From a virus, in IMG/VR virus record IMGVR_UViG_3300021139_000002, positions 32,001-96,000 of that record: DNA of 64,000 bases; one strand, given 5' to 3'. The position numbers were made by a program, and so were the translations under genes. The notes beneath the pieces were generated by a model. The model had not been told where the DNA came from and did no database searches. It saw nothing but the letters and a program-made list of their open reading frames with translations. This document shows positions 50,674 through 59,956 of this stretch, in pieces; the first letter of the stretch is position 1; each line of letters starts with the position of its first letter.

Positions 50674-52451
50674 TGTTTCAACTTAAAAATTTAACCGTTA
50701 AAAACTTCATGAGCGTTGGTGCTCAGACCCAGGCTGTTGACTTTGACAAAGAACATCTCACGTTGGTACTAGGTTCTAACTTAGATTTAGGTGGCGATGA
50801 TACAGGTTCACGTAACGGTACTGGCAAAACTACAATGATCAACGCATTGAGTTATGCTTTGTACGGGCAAGCCCTTACTAACATTAAAAAAGAAAACTTA
50901 ATCAATAAGATTAACGGTAAAGCTATGTTAGTTACCGTAGAGTTTGAAAAGGGCGGAAACAAATATCGCATCGAACGCGGACGAAAACCCAACGTACTTA
51001 AATTGTTTGTCAACGATAATCAATTAAAGACTGAAGAAAAAGAAGACGAGAGTCAAGGTGACAGCCGAGAAACTCAAAAGGCTATTGAGGAAATGCTTGA
51101 AATGAGTCATACCATGTTCAAGCACCTTGTTGCATTGAATACGTATACTGAGCCATTCCTAAGTATGCGAGCAGCTGACCAACGTGAAGTTATTGAACAA
51201 CTACTTGGCATTACTCTGTTGAGTACAAAGGCAGAAGCACTTAAAGTTCAAGTCAAAGAAACCAAGGATGCTATTACCGCAGAAGAATTTAAAATTGCAG
51301 GTATTAAAACTGCAAACGAAAATGTACAAAAAAGCATTGATAGTTTGCACTTAAAAAGCAATGCTTGGGAAAACAAACAACAACAAGAGTTAGAAAACTT
51401 AGGTCGTGCTATTGTAAACTTAGAATCAGTTGATATCGAAGCAGAACTCAAAGCGCACTCTGCTCTGAAGTGGTGGGATGAAGAAAATACACGCATTAGA
51501 AATTTGAATAAACAGAAGTCTACACTAGAAACAGCAGTTATTCAAGCAGAAAAAACTCTAAACAAGTACAAACGAGAGTTAGAAAGTCTAGCAAATAAAA
51601 CTTGTCACGCCTGTGAACAACAACTTCATGATCACAAACATGAAGAAATGACTGCTACCGCTACACAGCATCTAAAAGAAGCAGAAGATTACTTTCAAAA
51701 AGTAAGCACTCAGCTTACCCAAATTATATATGATGTAGGTGACGGTACATTGCCAGACAAGCCTACTACCTTTTATGATACAGAAGCAGAAGCTCTTGGA
51801 CATAAAAACAATTTAGCCGGATTAGAGAAATCGTTAATTTCAAAAGCAGAAGAAAAAAATCCGTATGCTGAACAAATTGAAGAATTAAAGAAAACTGCTA
51901 TCCAAGAAATCAATTGGGAAGGTATCAACACGTTAACAAAGTACAAAGACCATCAGGAGTTTTTGCATAAACTATTAACCAATAAAGATAGTTTCATTCG
52001 TAAAAAGATTATTGATCAAAATTTAGCATACTTAAACAAGCGTCTAACTTATTACATTGACAAATTAGGACTTCCTCATCAAGTTGTATTCCAGAACGAC
52101 TTAACCGTTATGATTACACAACTAGGACAGGATCTAGATTTTGATAACTTATCACGTGGTGAGCGCAACCGTTTAATTCTTTCTATGAGTTTTGCATTCC
52201 GCGATGTATGGGAAGGCCTGTATCAAAGTATTAATTTGTTGTTTATTGATGAACTTGTAGATGCAGGCATGGATAGTGCAGGTGTTGAAAGTGCATTAGG
52301 TGTATTGAAGAAAATGGCTCGTGAAAGAAACAAGAACATTTATCTTATTTCACACAAAGATGAATTAGTAGGCCGTGTTAATAATGTATTAAGAGTTGTT
52401 AAAGAAAACGGTTTTACCAGTTATAGCAACGATATAGAGTATGTTAGTTAA
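50673..52451 (+). CDS. Recombination ATPase subunit (gp46/Rad50/SbcC)
   Basis: NGTGKT Walker A, CHAC zinc hook, LSRGE signature, FIDE and ISH. Confidence 0.93.
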   Translation: MFQLKNLTVKNFMSVGAQTQAVDFDKEHLTLVLGSNLDLGGDDTGSRNGTGKTTMINALSYALYGQALTNIKKENLINKINGKAMLVTVEFEKGGNKYRIERGRKPNVLKLFVNDNQLKTEEKEDESQGDSRETQKAIEEMLEMSHTMFKHLVALNTYTEPFLSMRAADQREVIEQLLGITLLSTKAEALKVQVKETKDAITAEEFKIAGIKTANENVQKSIDSLHLKSNAWENKQQQELENLGRAIVNLESVDIEAELKAHSALKWWDEENTRIRNLNKQKSTLETAVIQAEKTLNKYKRELESLANKTCHACEQQLHDHKHEEMTATATQHLKEAEDYFQKVSTQLTQIIYDVGDGTLPDKPTTFYDTEAEALGHKNNLAGLEKSLISKAEEKNPYAEQIEELKKTAIQEINWEGINTLTKYKDHQEFLHKLLTNKDSFIRKKIIDQNLAYLNKRLTYYIDKLGLPHQVVFQNDLTVMITQLGQDLDFDNLSRGERNRLILSMSFAFRDVWEGLYQSINLLFIDELVDAGMDSAGVESALGVLKKMARERNKNIYLISHKDELVGRVNNVLRVVKENGFTSYSNDIEYVS

Positions 52452-52701
52452 TAAATCATTAGAACGATACAAAGAAATTTATTCAGAATACGTTGAATGT
52501 AGGGTTACTCTACATAACTACCATGTGAATTTTTTAAGTTTCATTGGCAGAGAGTCTTACTACAAGGTAAGAAAAACTTTAGCAAGGATGCCAAAGTTAG
52601 AACGTGACTTAAGACTAGCAGCCAAGGCAGCATATGAAGAACAATTAAAGCTGAATGTAATCATTAGAGAAGAAAAAAGAAATAGCAAAAAGAAAAAATA
52701 A
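52441..52701 (+). CDS. Hypothetical protein
   Basis: 86 aa overlapping ORF. Confidence 0.55.
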   Translation: MLVNKSLERYKEIYSEYVECRVTLHNYHVNFLSFIGRESYYKVRKTLARMPKLERDLRLAAKAAYEEQLKLNVIIREEKRNSKKKK

Positions 52702-52744
52702 CCAGAAATTAGGACTATGTTTTTTAGTTGTTACTAATTAAAGT

Positions 52745-53179
52745 ATGTCCTGGTTCTATGAAAATAAAGAAATAACAGCATTGCCTGAAGATTGTGTAGG
52801 ATTTGTATATCTTATAACAAACACAATTGATGGACGTATGTATATAGGCAAAAAATTAGCAAAATTTAGTAAAACGACCTACAAAACTATTAAGTTGAAG
52901 AACGGCAACAAAAAGAAAAAGAAAATTAGAACTAAGATTGACAGCGACTGGCAGGAATATTACGGGTCCAGCACTGAACTAACGGCGGATATCGCTAAAC
53001 TAGGCACACAAAATTTTAAAAGAGAAATACTTTATTATTGCAAATCTAAGGCAGAATGTAGTTACATTGAGGCAAGAGAACAATTTACCCGCAAAGTATT
53101 AGAATCAAACGAATATTATAACGGACAGATTTCTGTTCGTGTCCATGGCTCCCATATAAAAAACAAATTAAACGGTTAA
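52745..53179 (+). CDS. Small GIY-YIG nuclease
   Basis: GFVYLIT...MYIGKK, YYGSS, conserved Glu and YYN; Lys-rich insert. Confidence 0.8.
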   Translation: MSWFYENKEITALPEDCVGFVYLITNTIDGRMYIGKKLAKFSKTTYKTIKLKNGNKKKKKIRTKIDSDWQEYYGSSTELTADIAKLGTQNFKREILYYCKSKAECSYIEAREQFTRKVLESNEYYNGQISVRVHGSHIKNKLNG

Positions 53180-53184
53180 TAAGC

Positions 53185-53530
53185 AAGCACAAGCTAACAT
53201 CGTGTGCCCTAAACCTGGATCTCGGATCGCAGGGATGGAAACCTCTCGCCGTTAAGAGTACTCAATCACTACCCGAAAGGATGAAGATCGCTAATAAGAC
53301 CTGCGATTTGGTTGTTTGAAAATAGATAAATAGGCAAAATGAAGGGTTAGAGACGCCCTACGTTTGTATATATGTTAGCGTATGTATGCAAACCGCCGCT
53401 GGAATAAGACGCTGCTCGAGGTACAGGCCAACCGCCTCTGTAATGCAGTAACGCTAAGTGACATATGTTCGACTCGAATAATGTTTCTTTGCCCTTCCTG
53501 GGCAAAGTGTGACTGAACGATCTGAATAAT
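53185..53530 (+). ncRNA. Putative large structured non-coding RNA
   Basis: No ORF of 60 aa or more, raised GC, several helices with G-U pairs on the + strand, and GNRA loops. Confidence 0.5.
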
Positions 53531-53608
53531 ATTTAAACTACTTCGTAGTATCAGTATGAAATCAATTGCTTCGAGTGCGAGCGAAGAAGCAAACGAACGC
53601 AGTTCGTT

Positions 53609-53616
53609 TATAAATA
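53609..53616 (+). promoter_or_regulatory. T4-type late promoter TATAAATA
   Basis: Exact motif 30 nt upstream of 53646. Confidence 0.75.
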
Positions 53617-53645
53617 AACAATAATAAATTTAGGAATTTCCTGTT

Positions 53646-54278
53646 ATGCGTATCAATGAATTAATATTAGAACAACAACTTGATGAACTTAATCTTAAAG
53701 GGTTAGGAACAGGTTTAGGTAAGGCTGCTGGTGCAGTAGCCGGAGGTGTAGTTCAAGGTGCTAAAAATATGTGGGCTGGTGCAAAACAGGGATACGATGC
53801 AGCTCAACAAGCATTAAAACCAGATGGTACGCCAGCTACATCTGCTCCTACACAACAACCAAATACTTCTACTGCTCCTGCTAGCCCACAACAACCAGCT
53901 GGTGGAGAAGTTGCATCTAATAACTTACTTCAAAGAGCACAGCAAGGAACTACTCAAGATCTTAATGCACAGCCAGCTACTCAAGCACCTACAGCTGGTA
54001 CAACTCCTCAACAAGCAGCCGCACAGGATCAACAGGCAAAAATAGGAGTAGGACAGATCAATAAGATTATTCCTACTTTAAGAACACGTGATTTACAAAG
54101 TGTTAAGAAAAATGTTGATGCAACTATTGCTAAAAAGTCTAAACAACCAGCAGCTCCTGTTCAACCGCCAGCTCCGACACAAGCTGAATTAGATGCTGAC
54201 CATGCAAGAATGGCCAGCGGAACAAATGAAAGTAAAGTTATTCAATTCCGCAGTAAGTTTTTAGGGATAGATATTTAA
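53646..54278 (+). CDS. Gln/Ala/Pro-rich putative head-internal protein
   Basis: N-terminus MRINELILE, LDE/TNE motifs, and a late promoter. Confidence 0.6.
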   Translation: MRINELILEQQLDELNLKGLGTGLGKAAGAVAGGVVQGAKNMWAGAKQGYDAAQQALKPDGTPATSAPTQQPNTSTAPASPQQPAGGEVASNNLLQRAQQGTTQDLNAQPATQAPTAGTTPQQAAAQDQQAKIGVGQINKIIPTLRTRDLQSVKKNVDATIAKKSKQPAAPVQPPAPTQAELDADHARMASGTNESKVIQFRSKFLGIDI

Positions 54279-54508
54279 AAGAACGGCTGTCCAGTTTCTT
54301 TAGCAATTTCAAGATTCTTTTCAATAATCTTACCAATTACTTCTCTATCTTCAAATGATAACATGAATGCCTCCGATGGAGGCATTCCTCTCATGTACCA
54401 ACAGATTCTAAATACTTCGTCTTTTAAGGCTTTTGACTCTTGTTCATAATCCCTAACGAGCCTGTTGATGCCCTCAAGGTCAAGGGTTAAAAGCCTTAGA
54501 CGAAAAAA
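54275..54508 (-). CDS. -1 frameshift extension of the 54496-55353 gene (GT/gp51-like tail chaperone C-terminus)
   Basis: Slippery T TTT TTC just before the stop; the -1 frame is open for 77 codons, ending ...ICWYMRG...GQPFF. Confidence 0.7.
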   Translation of the reverse strand, partial: FFRLRLLTLDLEGINRLVRDYEQESKALKDEVFRICWYMRGMPPSEAFMLSFEDREVIGKIIEKNLEIAKETGQPFF

Positions 54509-55353
54509 GTTGAAGCATCGAACGTGATAGGAACTTGTACAACATCACCCGTTACTCCATTTTCTCTCATTTCATCGGTAACAGCTACAGACATTGGCTT
54601 GATTGTATTGTTATCCCTTAGTGCTTCTAAGTGAGTTTGAATTCTATTGAAGATTTCTTTGTCAATGTTCTCAACAAATTCTTTAATGTGATTGATATCG
54701 TTAGTGCTACCATTTATACTTTCGATTCTATCGATACTATCAGAGATAGTTCCTAATGTTGCACTACTTAACTTTTTGAAACTTTCCTGAAACAATTTGA
54801 TTTTCTTATCATCTTCAATTTTTTCATCATTGACTACCTGCATGATCTTTTGAGTTTCAAAAGATTGTAGCGCAGCCGCACTAATTTGTTTATAGTTTAG
54901 AGGTTTAACAAATACGGTTAGTTCATCACTGATAGATACAACAGGATTCCAACTGATTTGATTCATTAAATTATCCATTACTACTCGCAAGTCGACTTGA
55001 TAATCTAACTCTAAGGTATCACTGAATGTAATAGGAGTAGTCATCATTTCACCGTAAGTTGCTAAACGAATAGCAATTAAAATAATGTCAACATCAATTG
55101 ACGGAGCCAACCAAGCGTTTTTAATATTAGGAATACAATGTTGAATAACGTCTACTACAGCTTGTCCGTTCATTAGCGCATCGGGGACCTTGAGCATAAG
55201 TTCATCTTTGGCGGTCATAGAATATACAGGAAACTCCCCGTTCTCTGGAATTTCTATACTTCCCGTAGGCCAATATTCACCGCCGCTGGGCAACTTGATA
55301 TAAATCTTTGGTTGACGCATAAACATGGTTAGCGGATTGGTGGTAGAATTCAT
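54496..55353 (-). CDS. Baseplate hub/tail assembly chaperone, T4 gp26-like
   Basis: IKLPSGG.YW, MTAKDE...K, D.D.ILIAIR.ATYGE, ending ..FF. Confidence 0.75.
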   Translation of the reverse strand: MNSTTNPLTMFMRQPKIYIKLPSGGEYWPTGSIEIPENGEFPVYSMTAKDELMLKVPDALMNGQAVVDVIQHCIPNIKNAWLAPSIDVDIILIAIRLATYGEMMTTPITFSDTLELDYQVDLRVVMDNLMNQISWNPVVSISDELTVFVKPLNYKQISAAALQSFETQKIMQVVNDEKIEDDKKIKLFQESFKKLSSATLGTISDSIDRIESINGSTNDINHIKEFVENIDKEIFNRIQTHLEALRDNNTIKPMSVAVTDEMRENGVTGDVVQVPITFDASTFFV

Positions 55354-55367
55354 AGGTTTTGTCTCCG

Positions 55368-55404
55368 AATAAATAAGTTAAGGGATTTCTAACAAGTATT
55401 TATA
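55368..55404. promoter_or_regulatory. Face-to-face late promoters serving two divergent genes
   Basis: AATAAATA (+, 55368-55375) and TATAAATA (-, 55397-55404). Confidence 0.6.
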
Positions 55405-55428
55405 TACGCACAAAACTACGGAAAAACA

Positions 55429-57819
55429 ATGTCAGTAACTGGAACAATAGGTAACGATCAAGTATTTTTAGATAACGCAGCCACCGAATCTACGTTACAG
55501 AAACTGCTGGCCGCTATAGAAAAATTAAACGGGACCGTGGCTGCACAAAAAGTTGCAGGGACTGCCAAAGCCGCGGGCATAGATCCTAAGATAGTTGATG
55601 AAGCAAATAACAAATTAGGTACAATTGGTAAAACTGCAACAGGTGCAACTAAATCTCTAGACAATTTTACCACTACAACTGATACCGCTACCAACGGACT
55701 TAGTAAAATGGCCAATGCATCAGCAAGTGCATTGGGTAGTTTGTATGCACAATTAATGTCTGGACAGCCGTCCATCTCTGGAACACTGGCAGCATTTGAA
55801 GAACTTCCTGGGCCTCTTGGCGCGGTGGCAAAACTTTTTGGCGCCATTGCTGGATTTCAAGAAAAGAATTTAGATGCGTATCGTCAAATAACTTCTGTAG
55901 GTGCTAACTTTGCAGGTAGTTTATCTGATTTAAGAATTGCTTCTACAAAAACTTACATGACTTTAGATCAATTTTCTAAAGTCATTACAAATAATGCACA
56001 GACATTATCAAAGATGGGCAGCAATGTAAACGAAGGCACACAAGCATTTGTACAATTAAGTAATTCTTTATTAAGTAGTAAGGCTGGAGAAAACTTATTA
56101 GCACTTGGATATTCTACTGAAGAAGTAAACAATGGCATGCTTGGATTTATCAATGCTACCGGCGGACGTTCTGCACAAGAACTTAAAAATACACAGGCCA
56201 TTACACAGGCTTCTGCAGATTACATGACAGAGCTAGATAAACTAACTCAGTTTACTGGAGCAAGCAGAAAACAAATGGAAGAAGAACAGAAGAAAGCGGC
56301 TCAACAGGCTGCTTGGCAACGTGCTCTTTCTAAAATGTCTGAAGAACAACGTGCAAAAGCACAGACTGCTTATAACGCAGCCGCTGCCAGTGGTATTGCA
56401 GGCGCAACTGATTTAGTAATGTCAGAGATGGCAGGGTTACCTCCAGTAACTAAAGAAGCAAAAGAACTTGCTGGTACTATGCCCGATGCATACAATGGTA
56501 TCAGAGACATGACAGATGCTGCTAAGAGCAACACATCTACACTAGGCGATGTTGAAAAAGGATTTGGTAAGTTTAACGAAGGCATATCTAATAACGTAAA
56601 GAACTTAGGTGTTGCAGGCGATTATATGTCGTTGACTGGAAATAAACTGGTTAACAGCGCAGGACTATATGCAAACCAATTAGAAAAAGGTGGGAAAGAT
56701 ACTGCCGAGGGTACTGCAAAAGCATTTAAAGACATCTCGGCTCAACAAAAGAAACAAACAGAATCTCAAGCTGCCGATATGACAAAGGCTCAGAACCAAC
56801 TTAAAGAGTTTGGACAAGTTCTTATGAGCATAGTTGCACCTATTGCAGGATTCTTAACACCTGCACTAAAATTCCTTGGACCTGCATTGATGGGATTAGT
56901 TGCCATAGTTGTTGGTGTAAGAACTGCAATGATGGCTTGGCAAGCTGCTATGGCTATTAGAGGTGCATTTGCAAGCGGCGGCGCAAGAGGCGTTGGCGGA
57001 CTAATTGCTGAAAAAGTAACAGGTGGCGGCGGCGCTGCTGGGTCGGCTAGTGCCGCAGTAGGTAGCGGTGGCGGAGCCGCTGGTTTTGGTAAAGGATTTG
57101 TGACATTTGTTAAATCATTAGGTAGAGGACTTGCTAGTTTAGCACCTATTGCTGTTCCTATGTTAATAGGTGCTGGTGCTGTAGCAGGTGTTATTGCAAT
57201 TTTAGGTGTGGGTATTGCTGCCGCTATAGCAGTTATTGGTGTAGGGCTACCTGTATTTGCTAAAGGATTAAAAACAATAACTGAAATAGATGGACTAGCA
57301 TTGGCAAAAATAGCAGGCGGATTGATGTTATTAGGACCTGCTATGGCAATATTTTCTGCCTCTATGATTGCTTCCAGCGTAGGAACCATTGGTGCAAAAA
57401 TAGGAAACTTCTTCTCTGGTGGTGGCCCTGTATCATTAATTAAAGATTCTATAACACAATTGAGTCCGGTAATACCACAATTGGTACAAATTGGACCTGC
57501 ACTTGAAGCATACGGTCGAGGAATTGTTGCATTTGGTAGAGCAGTAAGTACCGTTGACGTTGCTAAAGCGGAAAGATTAAAAGACATTATGAAAGGACCC
57601 GGAGTACTCGAAGGTATCGGATCTGCAATCAAAGATGTTGGAGCCGCTACAGCAAAATTAATGGTTGGACAAACTGGTGGACAAGAAAAAAGTAATTTAG
57701 AGTTAACAACATTAAATAACAATGTTAAAGAATTAACAAAAATAATGAAAGAAGTTGCTGAGCATACCAAGAAAACCGTAGATGCTACAAAGGCTTTGAA
57801 TGGTAATGTATTCGCATAA
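55429..57819 (+). CDS. Tape-measure-like protein
   Basis: 796 aa Ala/Gly-rich helical protein with hydrophobic segments, next to the chaperone gene. Confidence 0.65.
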   Translation: MSVTGTIGNDQVFLDNAATESTLQKLLAAIEKLNGTVAAQKVAGTAKAAGIDPKIVDEANNKLGTIGKTATGATKSLDNFTTTTDTATNGLSKMANASASALGSLYAQLMSGQPSISGTLAAFEELPGPLGAVAKLFGAIAGFQEKNLDAYRQITSVGANFAGSLSDLRIASTKTYMTLDQFSKVITNNAQTLSKMGSNVNEGTQAFVQLSNSLLSSKAGENLLALGYSTEEVNNGMLGFINATGGRSAQELKNTQAITQASADYMTELDKLTQFTGASRKQMEEEQKKAAQQAAWQRALSKMSEEQRAKAQTAYNAAAASGIAGATDLVMSEMAGLPPVTKEAKELAGTMPDAYNGIRDMTDAAKSNTSTLGDVEKGFGKFNEGISNNVKNLGVAGDYMSLTGNKLVNSAGLYANQLEKGGKDTAEGTAKAFKDISAQQKKQTESQAADMTKAQNQLKEFGQVLMSIVAPIAGFLTPALKFLGPALMGLVAIVVGVRTAMMAWQAAMAIRGAFASGGARGVGGLIAEKVTGGGGAAGSASAAVGSGGGAAGFGKGFVTFVKSLGRGLASLAPIAVPMLIGAGAVAGVIAILGVGIAAAIAVIGVGLPVFAKGLKTITEIDGLALAKIAGGLMLLGPAMAIFSASMIASSVGTIGAKIGNFFSGGGPVSLIKDSITQLSPVIPQLVQIGPALEAYGRGIVAFGRAVSTVDVAKAERLKDIMKGPGVLEGIGSAIKDVGAATAKLMVGQTGGQEKSNLELTTLNNNVKELTKIMKEVAEHTKKTVDATKALNGNVFA

Positions 57820-57830
57820 AGGAAACTAAA

Positions 57831-59552
57831 TTGTCTTGGAAAAAATATTTCACCCCGATTGATACAAGCGGAAAATTAAGCCCGATTAGCGGCAGTGCAG
57901 GTGGAGGAAACAATCTAAGCCGTACTAATTATTCTAGTTATTTGCCTGATGTATATGCAGGCCATCCTAACCGTTTAGAGCGTTACGGTCAATACGATAC
58001 TATGGACACAGACAGCGAAGTTAATGCTGCCTTTGACATTTTAGCAGAGTTTTGTACACAGGCTAACGAAGAAAACGGTACTCCCTTTCAAATTAAATTT
58101 AAAGATCAAGCAACTCAAACTGAAATTAAAATTATTAAAAAGTACCTACAACAATGGACCAGACTTAATAAATTTAATATTCGTATGTTCAAACTTGTTC
58201 GCAATGCGTTCAAATACGGCGATAGTTTCTTTGTTCGTGACCCAGAAACACAGGCATGGATGTATATAGATCCTGCAAAATTAGATAAAATTATTGTAAA
58301 TGAAAGCGAAGGCAAAAAGCCTGAACAATACTTTATCCGTGACTTTAATCCTAACTTAGAAGCACTTTCAACAACTGCTATTCAACCGTCTAACGTTAAT
58401 GGCGGTGGTAGTCAATTTGGTGGTAGCTACGGTTCTGGACAAAGCGGCGCAGGCGGTAGTAGAGGTATGACCGGTTCATTTCCGACAACTGCTAACTCTA
58501 GCCGTTTTAGTGAAAACCAAAATCAATATGCAATCGACGCAAAACATGTTATTCATATTAGCATGAGCGAAGGTTTAGACAATAACTTCCCATTTGGTAA
58601 CAGCCTGATGGAAAGTATTTTTAAAGTATTCAAACAAAAAGAATTACTAGAAGATAGTATTCTAATTTACCGTATACAACGTGCTCCTGAGCGTCGTGTA
58701 TTCTATATTGACGTTGGTAATATGCCAAGTCACTTGGCAATGAGCTTTGTTGAACGTGTTAAAAACGAAGTAAATCAACGCCGTATTCCTAGTGTAACAG
58801 GTGGTGGATCTAGTGTAGTTGATGCAAGTTATAACCCATTAAGTATTAACGAAGATTATTTCTTCCCGCAAACAGCAGAAGGTCGTGGATCTAAAGTTGA
58901 AATCCTACAAGGCGGTCAAAACTTAGGAGAAATTGATGATCTTAGATATTTTACTAATAAGCTGTTTAGGGCTTTACGCATACCTAGCTCTTATCTACCT
59001 ACCGGCTCTGACGACGGAGGATCTAACTTCAATGATGGTCGAGTTGGTACCGCGTACATTCAAGAATTGCGATTCAACAAGTACTGCGAGCGTCTACAAA
59101 GTTTATTAAACGAACCTTTTGATACAGAATTTAAACTATATTTGCATACTCAAGGTATCAATGTAGACAACAATGTTTTTGAAATTAAGTTCAATCCTCC
59201 ACAAAACTTTGCCGCTTATCGCCAGGCAGAGATGGATACAGCCCGTGTGAATACATTTAATAGCATGGTTGCTGTTCCGTTTGTATCTAAGCGTTTTGCT
59301 ATGAAGCGTTTCTTAGGCATGACTACAGAAGAAGTTGCAGAAAACGAACGTATGTGGCGTGAAGAAAACGTTGATGAAGATCAATATCTAAGCGCAAGCA
59401 GTGAGTTACGTTCGGCAGGTATTACTGCTAATGGAATGTCAGCAGATACAGCTTCTTTAGGCAGTTCAGAACCCTTACCAGATGACGGATCCCCACCAGA
59501 AGGTGGAGCAGCACCTGCGAGCGGCGAGGCAGCACCGCCCCCTGCCGCATAA
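57831..59552 (+). CDS. Portal protein (gp20-like)
   Basis: LLEDSILIYRIQRAPERRVFYIDVGNMP, EDYFFP and LRIPSSYL; TTG start. Confidence 0.95.
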   Translation: MSWKKYFTPIDTSGKLSPISGSAGGGNNLSRTNYSSYLPDVYAGHPNRLERYGQYDTMDTDSEVNAAFDILAEFCTQANEENGTPFQIKFKDQATQTEIKIIKKYLQQWTRLNKFNIRMFKLVRNAFKYGDSFFVRDPETQAWMYIDPAKLDKIIVNESEGKKPEQYFIRDFNPNLEALSTTAIQPSNVNGGGSQFGGSYGSGQSGAGGSRGMTGSFPTTANSSRFSENQNQYAIDAKHVIHISMSEGLDNNFPFGNSLMESIFKVFKQKELLEDSILIYRIQRAPERRVFYIDVGNMPSHLAMSFVERVKNEVNQRRIPSVTGGGSSVVDASYNPLSINEDYFFPQTAEGRGSKVEILQGGQNLGEIDDLRYFTNKLFRALRIPSSYLPTGSDDGGSNFNDGRVGTAYIQELRFNKYCERLQSLLNEPFDTEFKLYLHTQGINVDNNVFEIKFNPPQNFAAYRQAEMDTARVNTFNSMVAVPFVSKRFAMKRFLGMTTEEVAENERMWREENVDEDQYLSASSELRSAGITANGMSADTASLGSSEPLPDDGSPPEGGAAPASGEAAPPPAA

Positions 59553-59560
59553 ATACTATT

Positions 59561-59809
59561 ATGATACTAAGAGAATTCATTTATTTTGATCGTAATCACG
59601 CAAGTCCTCAAGAGGATAATAGGTATATTAGTAGTAATGATACCAGTATTCTTAAGAGCAAAGACCTACGTAAGACTCGTTTGACATTAAAAATGATAAA
59701 CGAAATACGCAAGGCAGCGGAAGCTCACGATAAAGAGAAGCGTGAAGAACTTGGTTTAGTTAGAAAAATGTACGCGGCACCTCCGCCAGAAGCGGCTGCG
59801 ACGGCATAA
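59561..59809 (+). CDS. Small prohead-associated protein
   Basis: Lies between the portal and core genes; CATAAATA upstream; N-terminus MILREF. Confidence 0.6.
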   Translation: MILREFIYFDRNHASPQEDNRYISSNDTSILKSKDLRKTRLTLKMINEIRKAAEAHDKEKREELGLVRKMYAAPPPEAAATA

Positions 59810-59956
59810 AATAGTAAAATTTGTCAAAATCCAGAAGAAATTCTGCGTCAATTCGGCCGAAACGAACCGTTTTTGGCCTATTTCGTGCATGAAAATTATG
59901 TGTGTTGTAAATACACGCACAGCCTTGCCGCTACCCCAATAGGAGAATTTATTATT

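Noticed and set aside
53180-53610. Group I intron, tRNA or tmRNA
   Set aside because: Flanking genes appear complete and not split; no cloverleaf, T-loop/CCA end or recognisable intron core was found by eye.
56790-57770. 326 aa ORF on the - strand
   Set aside because: Antisense shadow of the Ala/Gly-rich tape-measure-like gene; no SD and no recognisable motifs.
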